Positions 46,601 to 59,958 of a stretch of DNA of 64,000 nt are shown in pieces. Position numbers and translations under genes: made by a program. Each line of letters begins with the position of its first letter. Position 1 is the first letter of the stretch. The stretch comes from Utricularia gibba (Eukaryota > Plantae > Magnoliophyta), in assembly GCA_002189035.1 (NCBI GenBank), contig CM007992.1:496001-560000 (forward strand), given 5' to 3'. Below the pieces are notes generated by a model that saw only the letters and a program-made list of their open reading frames with translations, had not been told where the DNA came from and made no database searches.

Positions 46601-47148
46601 CCCAGAGGCTCAAAATCGCAGTTGACATCGCACGCGGCCTGAACTACCTCCATTTGGACCGCGCCATCCCGCATGGAAATCTCAAAGCAACCAACATTCT
46701 ACTCGAAGGCCCTGATCTGAATGCTCGTGTTTCGGATTACTGTCTCCACCGCCTCATGACACAGTCAGGCACAACCGAACAGATCCTCGATGCCGGCGTC
46801 TCGGGTTACCGGGCACCTGAGCTAGCTGCAGCAAGGAGGCCAATCCCAACATTCAAGTCAGATGTGTATGCTGTAGGGGTGATCTTGCTTGAACTCCTCA
46901 CCGGAAAATGCGCCGGCGATGTCGTTTCCGGGGCGGACGGAGGGGTCGACCTGATGGACTGGGTGCGGCTGAGAGTAGCCAGAGGACAAGGATCAGATTG
47001 CTTTGATGCTGCAATGTCTCCCGACATGAATGCGCCTCTTGCTGAAAAGGGGATGAAGGAAGTCCTTAGCGTTGCTCTCAAGTGCATCAGACCTCTCTCT
47101 CAGAGGCCGGGGATTAAAACCATCTATGAGGATCTTTCATCCCTTTAG
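43632..47148 (+). CDS. GHR1: LRR receptor-like pseudokinase GHR1-like; 3 exons (43632-44694, 44930-46481, 46565-47148); apparent 1-nt deletion at 46408-46410
   Basis: AQLPSQDILALLEFKKGIKHDPTGFVLDSWNDESIDFNGCPSSWNGIMCNGGNV; many LxxLDLSxNxL repeats; TM segment; APAEVLGRSSHGTSYKATL; IPHGNLKATNILL; YRAPEL. Confidence 0.93.
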
Positions 47149-48218
47149 ACTTTCAGTTTTTAGGACAATTTGGTGTGAGTTTTTTTTTTTTTTTTTCCCT
47201 CAGTTCAAATGTAAAATTGAATCGCATTTTTCAAAAAATTAAATTCTTAGTTGTTTTTTATTCATATTAAATGTTGTAATTCATAATTTATTTATATGAT
47301 ATTATTCGTTTTTTATATTAAATTTTTATAATTTTACTTTGACAAAATATATACACAAAATTAGTAATATCTATCTATTTAAATTTATTTTTTCTTATGT
47401 TGGTAATCAATATAGAATATCATTTGGATCCCTGGAAATCATGTCAAATTTGATAGAATTGCAATTAAATCATAATTAAATAAATTAAAATTATGAATTA
47501 TTCTTCATTTCACATTTTTTAGGGTTTTAAAATAATGTTAAAATAAAATTATTATTTTCATTCTCAACAATATAATAATGAATGTAATTTTTAAGACTAT
47601 TATTTTAAAAAATAAATATTATATTATTGTAATTATGTGACTTGGTTCATTGCAGAACACGGAAACATGTGGACGGCATCAAGAGGGGGGCCGGCCGGGG
47701 CTAGAAGACATGAGCTTTTGTTGATCAGGGGCTTCGTGCCCGAGTCCAGAGAGAGTAGCCGACAGCTGTATATGGGAAGGGAATTTCGTTTCTGTGATTG
47801 GGGAGGAGGCGCGGTGGTGGAAAGGAAGAGAAGAGGAGAGAAGATCGCCGTTTGCTTTTCTGGCGACACTGTTTTTCTGCTTCCATTAATTTCAGTTGCA
47901 TCTTTTGATAAATAAGCGGCGGATTCGGAGGATGGACGAATTTACCCGCCTACATGGCAGTTTGCATCGCGTCTTCCTTGTTTAAGAACCCATTCGTATC
48001 GCATTCTGCTCTGTGGTTTCTTGGAAGAAGGGGTCTTCAATTTCGGCTGGGGGGTAAGTGGGGTAAGTGGGATTGAATGTTTTTCTGTCTGCAATCGTGT
48101 GTTTCTGTGGGTGTTTGGAAATTTGAAAGCCCGTACTGTTTGCGTTGCATTTGATTGGTTTGATTCTGAGAATGTGCGTTTCGAGCGGCGGGTGATGCTT
48201 GATTGATCGATTGTGGCT

Positions 48219-49292
48219 ATGGCTGTACCTTGGAGGAAGGTGAAGAGCCATAAGATTTCAAGACTTGTGAACGAGCATCTCCGCGATTCGCGGAAGCGCC
48301 GAGATGGGTCCTCTCTGGTGGTGGAAACAGGGTTTCCCACTTCGCTTGTCGATCTGTTCATGAAGAATCGTGAGAAATTGAAGAAACCATCGAAGAAGAA
48401 GATGAGGAACAACAGTGATAAGGCTTCTGTTGATGCCGATCATCCCGTTCCCTATGAAATATCTCCTCCGATTCCATCATCTATTGCTTCTTCTGATGTG
48501 AATGAGATTCTTGATGTGGGAGCTGTGAATGGTGAAGAATCAAGTAGCAGTTTAATGGTGGTTTTCAAGATGTTCTTGGTAGTGTTCTTCGTCCTCCGCA
48601 CGAATAGATTGACAACAGGGATCACCATCTCTGCATTCCTAGTGTTCTTTCTGGATTGCTTAGGAAACCGTTTGTTGAGTCCTTCCATAAGACCAAAAGT
48701 ACAGTTCCGGAGACTACCAGATAATCAGAATTCTAGTGGGATGTTTGTGCAGGAGAAGGATCGTGCAGAAACTGTTGAAAACAGTGATGATTCTGGGATC
48801 ATAATGGAGGAAATCCAAGAGGAAACAGAGACTCCAGATGTTCAACATGACGATGCGTTGGAGCAACAGGACATCAAGTTGAAGAAGCCATCAAAGAGAA
48901 CTAAGATGAAAAAGAAGCTGAAGAAGTTCTTTTCAAAGATACTCAAAGGTAGAAGAAAACCCAAGACAGAAGAGGTAAACCAAACAGAGGATGAGATATC
49001 ATCACAAGCTGCCAGAGGATCACCTTCTACTTCAACTCCACCGCCCAGAAACGAAGACATCGTCCCCACTGTGGCTTCTGTCCAAGAATCGCTTCAGGTC
49101 AGTAAAGTAGAACAAGCAAGGAACAAAACCACAAGACAGCTCAGGGGCAAGGAACGTAGAACTTGGAGAGTTCTTATGTTCTTCTGCCTTGCCATTCTAC
49201 TTGGGTTACTGGGAAGCAGGCCATTGTCGATTCTTCTGACCGTCATCTCCTTCTTCCTCGTAAAATTCATCGAAAATCGTTGGGCTACTTGA
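48219..49292 (+). CDS. ERT2: Ethylene-responsive nuclear protein (ERT2)-like, intronless, with hydrophobic segments
   Basis: MAVPWRKVKSHKISRLV...SSLVVETGFPTSLVDLFMKNREKLKKPSKKK family motif; C-terminal LLGLLGSR. Confidence 0.8.
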   Translation: MAVPWRKVKSHKISRLVNEHLRDSRKRRDGSSLVVETGFPTSLVDLFMKNREKLKKPSKKKMRNNSDKASVDADHPVPYEISPPIPSSIASSDVNEILDVGAVNGEESSSSLMVVFKMFLVVFFVLRTNRLTTGITISAFLVFFLDCLGNRLLSPSIRPKVQFRRLPDNQNSSGMFVQEKDRAETVENSDDSGIIMEEIQEETETPDVQHDDALEQQDIKLKKPSKRTKMKKKLKKFFSKILKGRRKPKTEEVNQTEDEISSQAARGSPSTSTPPPRNEDIVPTVASVQESLQVSKVEQARNKTTRQLRGKERRTWRVLMFFCLAILLGLLGSRPLSILLTVISFFLVKFIENRWAT

Positions 49293-50168
49293 TGTTGAGT
49301 TTTACAAGGAAGTTCATTCCTTCATATGAAGCTCCGGCCTTTGTGCCTGCAACCTGTCCTTGCAACTCCGAGGATACGTAGAATACAAGCCATTTTACAT
49401 GTACAAACAAAGGAACCATTTTATACTCTTCTCCAGCGTCCCTCAGTGGATCAATTCGCATAAAGCTTCTCTCTTGATGGTATATTTGGGGAAAGTTTCC
49501 ATCTTTCCAGCATGTGGTTTGTGGGGAGATGCAATGGTTTGTAAAAATTGGAAATTTTCATGTTGTAATGTTATATTTACTATTTAAAATAATGGTAAAA
49601 TTGATTTTTAATAATATATTTTTAAGATAAGGTATTTTATTTATGAGAAACTACAGCAGAGGGAATTGAGGGAAGAAGAAGAAGATGGAGATGGATAGCT
49701 GAGTATGTTATCAATTCCTTCACATGACGCTCTGCAATAGCCGAATCCGCAGACATGTGCAATGTGTGGCTGAAACCCTACTTCCCATCTGCTTTGTACC
49801 ACCGCCTTCTGACATTATACATCTATCTCTTGACGTCGTCTACGTCGGAGACTCGGTCATTGAGGAGGTATGGGTGGATACAGTAAGTTTTTTGTTTTTT
49901 CACCAGATAACACCTGCGCTTTCACACGGGGGACTCTCCAACATGCAGTCAGGATGGCGTGCCCATCTCTTTCCTATAAAATCCTCTTCTTAGTCTCTTG
50001 CTTCTCCGGAAAGGGCTTGGGGTGGCGGGTCTCAGTTTCTCAGGGTAATGTTTCATTTCCCCGGTTCTCTTGTTTTATTGCTTCAGTTTTGGGTTTTCCC
50101 ACTTCTTCTGGGCAATGATCTTGGTTTCTGTGGCATTCACATCGTGAAATCTCTTTCAGGGTGTCAAA

Positions 50169-51271
50169 ATGGCTGCACAGACCTTCACTGTGGACTTGAG
50201 TAAGCCATTGGTTTGTCAGGTTGCAGCATCATCCATCTGTTCTTCGAGTTTGTGTAGTTTTATTTGCTGTTCATCTGGAGAATCCCTGTGGAAAGTGACT
50301 CATCTTGCTTCATTCATAGGTTGGCCATCTTGGTGAGGCTTATCACGACTGGGTTCATCAGCCTATTGTGAGCAAGGAAAGCCCTCGCTTCTTCGAGAAT
50401 GATCTGTTAGAGGTTCTCCATAGCCTTGCTTTCTACTGCATTCTGGTGACCTTCGGTTTAACAATGTGCTGTTTTGCCAATAGCTCCTAACGCTGACTCG
50501 CTGGTGGATAATTCCCTTTATGTGGCTCCCTATCGTGGGGTGGTGCTTCTGGAGATCCATTCTTCTCGGCTGCACAGCTCCTCAGATGCTCCTGCTGTCA
50601 GCATTCGGCATTTCTGCATTCACATTGCTCGAATACAGCCTGCATCGTCTCTTCCATGCCAAGACCAAGACTTACTGGTTGTTGATCTACTGTGAAATTA
50701 TGAACCTTTATCAGGCCATGAATTGAGAGCATTCTGAGCTGATTTTGCAGGGGCAACACAGTGCACTATCTTCTTCATGGGTGTCATCACAAGCACCCTT
50801 TGGATGGCCGCCGCTTTTTCCTCCCGCCGTCTGCAACCGCCATCCTCTTGTTTCCGGTAAGCCGCCTCCATGGTTTGTTCCGGTTAGAGAAAAAATGGCT
50901 TCTGATTTCCCAAATGGCCGCCGCAGTTTTGGAAGCTGGCGGAGCTGATCGCTACTCCTGCGACGGCGCCTGGTTTGTTCGGAGGCGGGTTGCTCGGATA
51001 TGTCATCTACGATCTGACTCACTACTTCTTGCACCATGGGAAGCCAACCAGCAGGATCCTGAAGTACGTCAAGGTCAGTGAAGCAGAGAGACGGCCATTG
51101 CTCAGTTAAGCAAATAGATTGAGTCCCATGACTCTGACTGGTTTTGCTTCATCGTCTTCGCTGCAGGCGCACCACCTGAATCATCACTTTCGTGTCAAGA
51201 ACAAGGGCTTCGGGATCACTTCCCCCTTCTGGGACAGCGTTTTCAGGACGCAGCATCCTCCTGCCATGTGA
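50169..51271 (+). CDS. FAH1: Sphingolipid fatty acid alpha-hydroxylase (FAH1/FAH2), 6 exons
   Basis: [77 protein letters not shown]...GFGITS. Confidence 0.92.
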
Positions 51272-51679
51272 AGACCGTCGGCCCAAGTTCAGAGCGTCCA
51301 TGTTCGGTTACTTTTCAGTCAGTCGAGAGTGGCTGCCGTAGTCACGAACCGGCGTCGTTTCGCCTTTTGAAGAGTCAGGCAAGAATGCCATCATCTCCGC
51401 CGTTTCAATGCTGCTTGTTTTTTAGTGTCAATCGTCAAAAAAGACCCGATCTTGTTTCAGGGACTAAATCATCATTATTGGAAAAAACAGGGGCGAATTC
51501 GAATATGATTAAACCCTGAAAAGCGGTTAGGGTGAAAAAAAAAAAGAAAAACTAAATGCCCTAAAAAACCTCATCATGGCATCCTAATGATGGGAGAGTT
51601 ACAGAGTGAGGTAACTTCCAGGCGGTTATTTTTATCGGCAGGGTTAACACGTTTTTCTGTCTTCTTCTTCGATTCTTCA

Positions 51680-52357
51680 ATGGGGTTGAGCAGCTTTCAG
51701 CACTCCGATTGCTCGGCAGTTGACCCTGAAATGACCCTCCTCGATCACTTCCTCGACCTCCCGCCGGAGTCCGCCTGGTTGGCGGGGAGTTTCTCCGCCT
51801 CCGCCGACTCCGTTTTCCCGGAATTCCCATTTACAGTTACCACTCCTCTCGAACCCGAACCGTTCTTCTCCGACCAAGATTTCGAGTTGCTCCCCTGCTT
51901 CAAGCGTCGAAAGGGCTACGACTGTCAGCAATTCGACGACGGTTTTCACTTCCCATCTCTCTGTTTCAATGTCCCCTTCCCCAGTACACCGGAATCCACT
52001 GCGCCGCAGCCGGAGAAGGCATCGGTTTCAATGCAGAGTGTCGCGGCAAGACGGAGACGGCGGAGGATAACGGAGAGGACCCATGAGCTCGGGAAACTGG
52101 TACCCGGTGGGCAGAAGATGAACACCGCGGAAATGCTGAAAGCCGCCTATAAATACATCAAATTCTTGGAAGCACAAGTCGGTGTTCTTCAATTCATGAA
52201 CTCGAAACAGGGGACCGAATTCCGGGATGAAGAAATGCAGTGGCTTCTGCAATCTCCCCTGATCCAAGAGAAGCTGTACGATGCTGAGATATGTTTAGTT
52301 TCACAGAAATGCGTCGAAGAAGCCATGGAAAATACAAGAGAATCGATGCAACTTTAG
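51680..52357 (+). CDS. bHLH transcription factor (bHLH52/53-like), intronless; an in-frame upstream ATG lies at 51587
   Basis: SMQSVAARRRRRRITERTHELGKLVPGGQKMNTAEMLKAAYKYIKFLEAQVGVL; LLQSPLIQEKLY. Confidence 0.9.
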   Translation: MGLSSFQHSDCSAVDPEMTLLDHFLDLPPESAWLAGSFSASADSVFPEFPFTVTTPLEPEPFFSDQDFELLPCFKRRKGYDCQQFDDGFHFPSLCFNVPFPSTPESTAPQPEKASVSMQSVAARRRRRRITERTHELGKLVPGGQKMNTAEMLKAAYKYIKFLEAQVGVLQFMNSKQGTEFRDEEMQWLLQSPLIQEKLYDAEICLVSQKCVEEAMENTRESMQL

Positions 52358-53237
52358 GACGAGGAAGACGAGATTGTACAGAACAAGAATCTAAAATCAT
52401 GCTGATCAGCGTTTAGTTCCATTTTCCATGTGTTTTTTCCCCCTGGTTCCTCTTACATTCATTCATTCTGTGTTTCTGCAGTTCCTTGTCCAAATCGGAC
52501 TTTCTCCCAAAATTAAAAATAACCAATCACACAAAATTGATTTTTTTGTCCATCATATACATCCTAATTTAAAAAAAAAAACTCGTCATCTTCTCACCTA
52601 TGTATTATAATTTTACATAAATTTGTCTTAATGTAAAGGAAATTTGTGATTTTCATAACATGCGAACATGATGGAATAGTATCAAATTTTGATTTTCTGA
52701 TGCAATTCTCTGCACTAGAGCATATGATATTTTCGTGTGATGTTCATTTCTGTCACAATATCTTCCAAATTTTAATCATTCACGTTGATCACAACACAAC
52801 ACATCACTTCAAATCTAGTTTAGAATCGGTCGTTTTGAACAATAAAAGCCCGATCATCCGGATGAATATAATTAAATAAATAAATAAAATTCTTCTTTCA
52901 ACATGATAAACATAAAATTATGAAAATTAGATATACAATAATACAATACAGATAAAATAAGAATTACTACTTTTTTAAATGAGGGATATGCCCAAGATCT
53001 AAGAATGTCCATGAAAATGTAACCGTTGTTTCTGGAAAGCGCCGGAAGCTTCTCATTCAATTCCGTTATTTTAGCAACAAATCCAATAAATCTAAACACA
53101 TTTTTTTCTAAAAAAAAGCTTTGTAATTGCAAGAGAGATGTGGTGGCGAGACAAACTATTACATGCTTTTTAATTAATAATAATTTAAATTATTTGTATA
53201 TAAATCAGTACCTATTATATGGCTATAATGAAAAATA

Positions 53238-53270
53238 ATATATATATATATATATGTGTGTGTGTGCGCG
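53238..53270. repeat. Compound alternating purine-pyrimidine microsatellite, approximately (AT)9(GT)6(GC)2
   Basis: atatatatatatatatatgtgtgtgtgtgcgcg read directly. Confidence 0.85.
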
Positions 53271-53783
53271 ATTATTTTTGAATGTAATATTAAAAATATT
53301 GTAACGATATTTCACATTAATTATAGATGAAAAAAGAAACATATTTAAATAAAGAGATTCTTTTAATTTTAAAAATTGAATGTTCAAACGAATAATATTA
53401 TGCAAATTAAACGTTATTTATTAAAGTATTATCATATTTAATAAATGTATTTAAAATAAATAAAAAAATCAAAGTGAAATGAAGTTTTGACATTATTGTG
53501 ATTATTTTACGGTCAGACGCATTTTTAAACATATCATCAATGTGAATAATGAGATCTAAATAACAAATGGATGTACATGTGTGATGAATGTAGGCATTTC
53601 AGACAAGACTCTGTCCTCGATCGTGTTTAGAAATGACTCGACAATCATATGGCTGCCATCTTCGTTCACTAGTGTTTTTCTTTTTCTTTTTCCGACAGCG
53701 GGAGCTGTGTAAAGATTCCAACAAAAACTGGGTGGTCGACTCAGTTTAAGGTTTCTTGTGCATGGGATGCGGCAGAAAGCATC

Positions 53784-55140
53784 TCATGAATCTTTGATCT
53801 GAAAGGAAGCTGATGCGGCCGCGCCGCCGCTGCCACGCAAGCTGAACGCGTCTACCGGCCACCGTCCCCCGCCGGCGAATAAGGCATCCATCGAAACCGT
53901 CTCGATTTCTTCCAAGTCGGCTAACAGGGTCTCTTCGAACTGGGAGGAGTCAGTCAATGCGGGCTTGTAGTTGTAGCACGGAGGAAGGCCCTCCAGGTCA
54001 TTATCGCCTTTGGTCGATGCCGGTGGGTTGCTGAGATCACGCGGCGGTTTGATCTTCGAGCGGGTGGATCCGGCGAGCGCGTTTCGCTGCGTCGGCCATG
54101 GATGATTGTGCTCCGCCGTGTAGGTGACCACCAGCATGTTGGGATCGGTCCGGCTCCGCTCCACTTGCTTCCTCGCTGAGCACCCTTTAGAACTGCTGCA
54201 CTTGTAGTACCCTCTGTACATTTCCAGACACAACACAGATACAATGAGCATCAAGAGACGAGGGTTCCAGAGATCAAACAGTTACATTACATGTGCCTCT
54301 CTCCCCATTGTGCAACAAGTTGCAGTTTTCAGGTCAAAAGTATGAATAGGAGAAGAGCATAAGGCGATTTGTGCGCATGCTGTAATAAGGAAATACAGCA
54401 AGAGAATAATAACTTTGACCTTGGATAAGGAGAGCCTTTGATAGGCTTCTGCCCATATTTTCTCCAAGCCCAGAAATCTGAAGGCACTACTTCTCCGCCG
54501 GGTCGGTTTTTCGCCGGCGCCGCCGCTGGGATACAAACCACCTTCTTGGGCATGCTCCTTCTGTTTAGATACAACAAGAAAATAAGATGAAGAGCATTTT
54601 TAACTTCATTTCAAGAGAAAACCCTAATCGATCAAAAAAATCAATTTTCATTTCGATGGATGGGTAGAAGAACTAGGCATTGATAATCGGATAAGATGTT
54701 AGAAATTCTGAGAGAGATTCAGTTTGAAGGGAATTTGTTCTTGCAAATTGGACAAATTTTATATACAATAAAATAAAAATTTAACCTTCTCTTGCTCCCC
54801 GGATTTTGCGGGGGGAGATCTCGCTATCCGCCGCTGCCGACATAATCATGGTGGGGAGCTTCTCCGACGCCGTAGAACCTCCAGCAGGATGCATCAACGG
54901 CGAGAAGACATCCAGCGGAGCCTCCCTATGCAAAAAACCTGAAACCATGTCATACAGAAGCGGATCTCTCGAGACGGCAAACGGGTCGCCGAGATCTTCA
55001 TCCGGGTTGGCGGGGAAGTTCACCAGGAACTCCCCGTCCACCTCCGTTGCCTCCTCCGCTGCGACGACGTCTCCGGTGGCGCGTATTATGTCGGTTAAAT
55101 CGCCTTGATACTTCATCGTCTTGTCACTGCTACTGCACAT
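53784..55140 (-). CDS. Group IIe WRKY transcription factor (WRKY14/35-like), 3 exons; apparent 1-nt frameshift at about 54804-54807
   Basis: [20 protein letters not shown]; [11 protein letters not shown]...[25 protein letters not shown]|[48 protein letters not shown]. Confidence 0.92.
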
Positions 55141-57858
55141 ATCTGGAACGGTGAAGCAACTACAAGACTTGCGAAGACCGGAGATGCAACGAACAGCTGT
55201 GTTCCAGAAGAAGTAGAAAAGGCGCTGACTTTTTGAAGATAAAAATAGCAGATGCCACCCAGAGGCAAAGATGAACAAGTTAACTAATTCCCTTAATAAA
55301 AAAAAATATTATTACTTATTATTAAAAATTTTTTTACTTTAACCTATAAAAAAATATGGAACGAAACTAACCACCCCATACGTCATATTATTGATGTTTT
55401 ATATTAATTTTTTTAAAAAAATAATTCTAAAATCTGTTTTTTTTTTTTTTTTTACAATGAGAAGTAATTGAACCAACGTGTATATCCAACTATACTATAA
55501 GGTTTTGTATATCCAATGTTGCATCCCGATCCAAGAATGCATTGTTCCCAATTGATAGTCTCTCCCACTATCAATAGAGAATATAGAGATTAGATGTGTT
55601 ACTATCTAATTGGGATCAATACATTTTATCAAACATACTACATTTGACAACATATACATCTGTTTGAAATGCTTTATAAATAGTTTTGTTATTAAATACG
55701 AGTGATTTTCGTTCAAAAAAAATTAAATTTTTTTGAAACATTAATTGTTTTTTAGAAAAAATTATCGAAAATTACTTCTCAATAAAGTATAGCAAATAGA
55801 GCTTTAGAATTAGTAATAGTGGCATAGTGTAGCTTATATCTATCTCTATACTCATCCTAAGACACCACAAAATCAAATATTCGATCCATCTAAACCAACA
55901 TGTCGATCTTCGATATCAATTTCGCTAATTTCGTGACACAAACCAATCAATGAATAATGGTTAAATGATATTTTCAAAACTTTAGATTTTGATATTTTTC
56001 TGATAAAATATTTCTGAAATTCCTTTGTGTAAATTTCACTTTGGGATCAAAACGTGCTTCGCTGCAGAGCCCACGTCATATCCGTTTATTTATTGCGTCA
56101 TCCTCCATTTTTACGTGTTTTATGAAATATTTTCTATCAAAAAATATAATATATTCAGTGAAGAATTTTATTTACTGTGCCATACAAAGAAATAATTCAC
56201 CTCAAATAATTGTTCGCCAATCAATTCCTTTCAACAGTTAAGGTTTTATTGGATGTCCCATCAATCAAATCCTCAACTGCCACGTCGTTAATTTTATTTT
56301 AAGTAAACACACGTTATTTCATTATAATTAAAATAATAATATATTCGATAGATAAATTCTACATCTTTATTAAAATTAAATCAAAATTTATTTTACGTTT
56401 TTAAATCGATATATATTGAAATTTAATTGATTAATAATGATTTTGATAAATATAATTAAATTAAAGTATGTAATTCTTTTATAAATTGGGTGTATATTAG
56501 TAATTATTTATCGAATAGGCGTAATTTTAAAAAATTGTATAGTTAGAAACGTAAATAATTGGGTAAAAAATTAATATTTTACCATGGACTCATTTTTCAC
56601 CGTGATCAGGATTGTGAGGTAAAAAAGTAGAAATAGATTAAAAAATTGATTTATTTACAGTTATGGATCCGAATTTTTTGATTAAAAAAATTGATTTATT
56701 TAATGTGTTGTCATTCTATTAATAGACAAAGCGGTGGAGGATGGGACGTGAGTGAAACAAGAGCTTGGAGGGGAGGAGCCCATGAGAATTACTTTTTATT
56801 TATTTTATTATTGGGTAACTAATTTTTATTTAATTCAAAATTTTCGGATAAAAAAAACCCAAATGAACCGAGCCGGAGCCCATTTATAATATGGGTCTGC
56901 TGATGTATGATGTCAATTATAATCGACCAATATTTATATGATATAAATTATCACTTTATTCTATCCGTAATTAATATAAAATTTAAGTAAGTTACTTACA
57001 TTTTTACTTGGGCTGGACTCTTCCGTCCCTGTTTCAAAATTTAGTATTCTCGTTAAAATTTGCCCCATAAGTGATTAGAAGGTGGGGTTTGATTCTAATA
57101 TCAAATATAACGACTAATAATTTTTTTATACAATATTATTTACTTTGGATATCTAATTTTTATATTTTTATATTTTTTTTACAATGAAAAATCCTCATTT
57201 AAAATTAGAAAAAGTTTTTCTATATCAAATTTCATCTGTAACCAATATGATATTCGGTTAAGGTTTGTTGATCTGTAAGGTTGGCTCTATCATCAACCTC
57301 AACCAAGAAATGAGCATTGCTTACTGATAGTAGAATAATCAATTTTACATTGAAAAATGAAAATGACATGATCAAACTATATATGTGAATATGAAATATT
57401 AATAATTTTTTATTTTTTATATATTTAAATTTCATATATATTATCTAATCTATAAGATTTTTAATTTTGATATAATTTGGATCATTAAGATGTATTTCAT
57501 CTTAAGTAACAAAAAATAAACATTATTTTTTTTTTGAAAAAAAAAATCCAAAAACCAAAAATACACTGGCATGGATTCATCTAAACTTAGAGGAGGCTCG
57601 CCCATCTTTCTGTTTTTTACTCAATGTAATGTAACGTTGAACATAAACGTTTTTGTCTTGATTCACAAAGGAGCACTGCAGGGAAGGCTGCTTGCCTACT
57701 ACCAACCAGACACTCATGATGCAGTGATATGGATTCTGGTGGATGTGAAAGAATGATGAATCATCATCTCCTTACTCTCCACAGGCATCAGCAAAAATCT
57801 GGGATTCCATATCTATTGTCGCTGGTGGAACTGGACAAGGAAGCAAAGCTACCTTCAT

Positions 57859-59958
57859 TTATGCCGAAAACAGGGGCATCGTTGCAGTGCTGTAGCCGTT
57901 CTGATGAGCCTTCTGCCATCTCCATGCGATCCTCAGACTGTCTTCAAGGTCTGTGTGTTTTGCCGTCCAGTTTAGCTCGTTCGTGATCTTGGTTGGGTCG
58001 CTGTATACTTCTGCGTAGTCGCCGGGCCGGCGAGGAAGGAATTCGACGCCGATCGGTACCCCGGTCGCCTTCTTACAAGCCTCCACAAACTCCCTTACAG
58101 ATCGTCCTGTTGAAGGAAGTGCATGTTTCTTACGAATCGGAGAAAGAAGCTATGGATTTCAGTACCTCTCCCTGTGCCAACATTGTAGATTCCTACTTCG
58201 CCAGGTTGAGCCTTCTCCAGAGCCTTGAGATGAGCATCAACGAGATCGGAAACGTCGATGTAATCCCGGATACACGCCCCGTCCGGGGTGCTCTAATCTG
58301 TTCCTCGAACCTATGAGTACATTCAGGCATTTGTAGAAGAGAAGATCACTCCATTTTTCAAGGATGGGTAGCCGGGGAGACAGACCTTGAGACCTGGAAT
58401 GATTCCACGAGCAGTGTCGAAGCATGCTCCGGATATGCGGCCGTGCTCGCGCAACTCCGGCCGGGGAGCTTCGCCGAGCCTTCCCTCAGGATCGGAACCG
58501 ATCACATTGAAGTACCTTGTGGATAAAACATCACAGAAAAGCAACACAATGAAAACCAATCCCCTTTCCAGAAGTAAAACATTCAAGCAGCAACCTAAGG
58601 ATCATGACTGCTATGTCGGAATTTCGGTTCATATCGAGAATAATGTCTTCAGCCATCTTCTTGGCCTTTCCATATGGGTTTATTGGAAGCTGTAAATCAG
58701 AAGAGGGAAGCAATGCTCAATCCATAGGAATGAAGCTTCGTCAACTTCAAGCATTCACCTGTGGTGTTCCTTCTGTAATCGGCATGTTTTCGGGTTCGCC
58801 ATACGTTGCACATGTACTAGAATATATCAGTGTCTTCACTCTGTGAGCTGCCATGGCTTCCAGCAGGGAAAGAGTGTTTGATGTAATGTTGTGGTAATAC
58901 ATGTTGAATCAAAGAGCACCAAGAATACCTGTTGAATCAAAGAGTGTCTTCCCTGATACCAAATTCATTCAGCATTCGACAATCTCTTTACGGTTTCAAA
59001 GATATCGCACCAGCAGGCGCATACGTATAATTCAAACTATGATGCACACATTTAGGATCTTCATCAGCATTATGATTCAGATGCAAGAATAGAGCACTCA
59101 CTTAAGAGGATCAAGAGTGCTCTCCCCAACATAGCTACAGCAGCAAAATGCATGACAGCATCAAATGCATTCTGGGAAAACAGCTTGTGAACCTGGAGAT
59201 AGCACGCAATGTGTAAACTGAGTTCATCACACAGCATGAGGATAGGATAACAACTGGAAAAATACCGATTTTGCATCACCAAGATCAGCATAAACAAATT
59301 GCAGCTGCCCAGGATCAGGAAAGAGTTGCTGGAGGACATGAATGGCGCCGAGGTTTCCTCGGGAGAGATTATCCTGTTGTAGGCGAATTCATTGTCAGCA
59401 ACAAGATTTTATCCATGGAAAGTTAAAACAGTGAAGCTGCTACCAAAGTATACCACTATGGTGACACGATAGGAATCTGTAAGAAGCCGCAAAGCAGCAT
59501 GTGAACCTATGTAACCAGCACCTCCAGTAACTAGGATATGGGGAACACCAGGCTCATGCCTAGAGAACTGTATAAAGAAATCAAAAGATTTGAGGTGCAG
59601 GATTGCTCCAAAAGAAGATGAATGCCAACTGAAAAAGGGTTCAAACCCCAAAAAAGTAAGCATTGCAATGAAACAACATGATTGACAAAAGTCAGTTACT
59701 TTGCTGGGGTTGCTAAAACTTGGGGATTGATTAAGCATGAGAATGCACAATGTTGTAAGAGTGGAAAACATGAGGACTTTCCCACAAGTTCCACTTCTCT
59801 TCTTCGGTTCTGAGAAATCCATGCCTGTAAGAATGTAGAGTGAAGATCGTTACCCAAATGCAACAAGGAAAAAAAGCAGAAATGAATCCAAGGCGAGAAC
59901 CTAATGGCAGAGATCCGCTGAGCCTCTGTTGAGCTCTGGTCCTTGTCAATCCCAGCAT
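57859..59958 (-). CDS. MUR4: Golgi UDP-arabinose/UDP-xylose 4-epimerase (MUR4/UXE), about 9 exons; apparent 1-nt deletion at about 59133
   Basis: TM anchor; [29 protein letters not shown]; AVMHFAAVA[shift][11 protein letters not shown]; YSSTCATYG; [14 protein letters not shown]; [15 protein letters not shown]; [13 protein letters not shown]. Confidence 0.94.

Noticed and set aside
46660-46700. GHR1 catalytic loop HGN instead of HRD as a novel feature
   Set aside because: GHR1 is an established pseudokinase, so this is expected for the family.
52400-57560. AT-rich spacers as transposons
   Set aside because: No transposase/RT ORF, long TIR or LTR pair, or clear target-site duplication found by eye.
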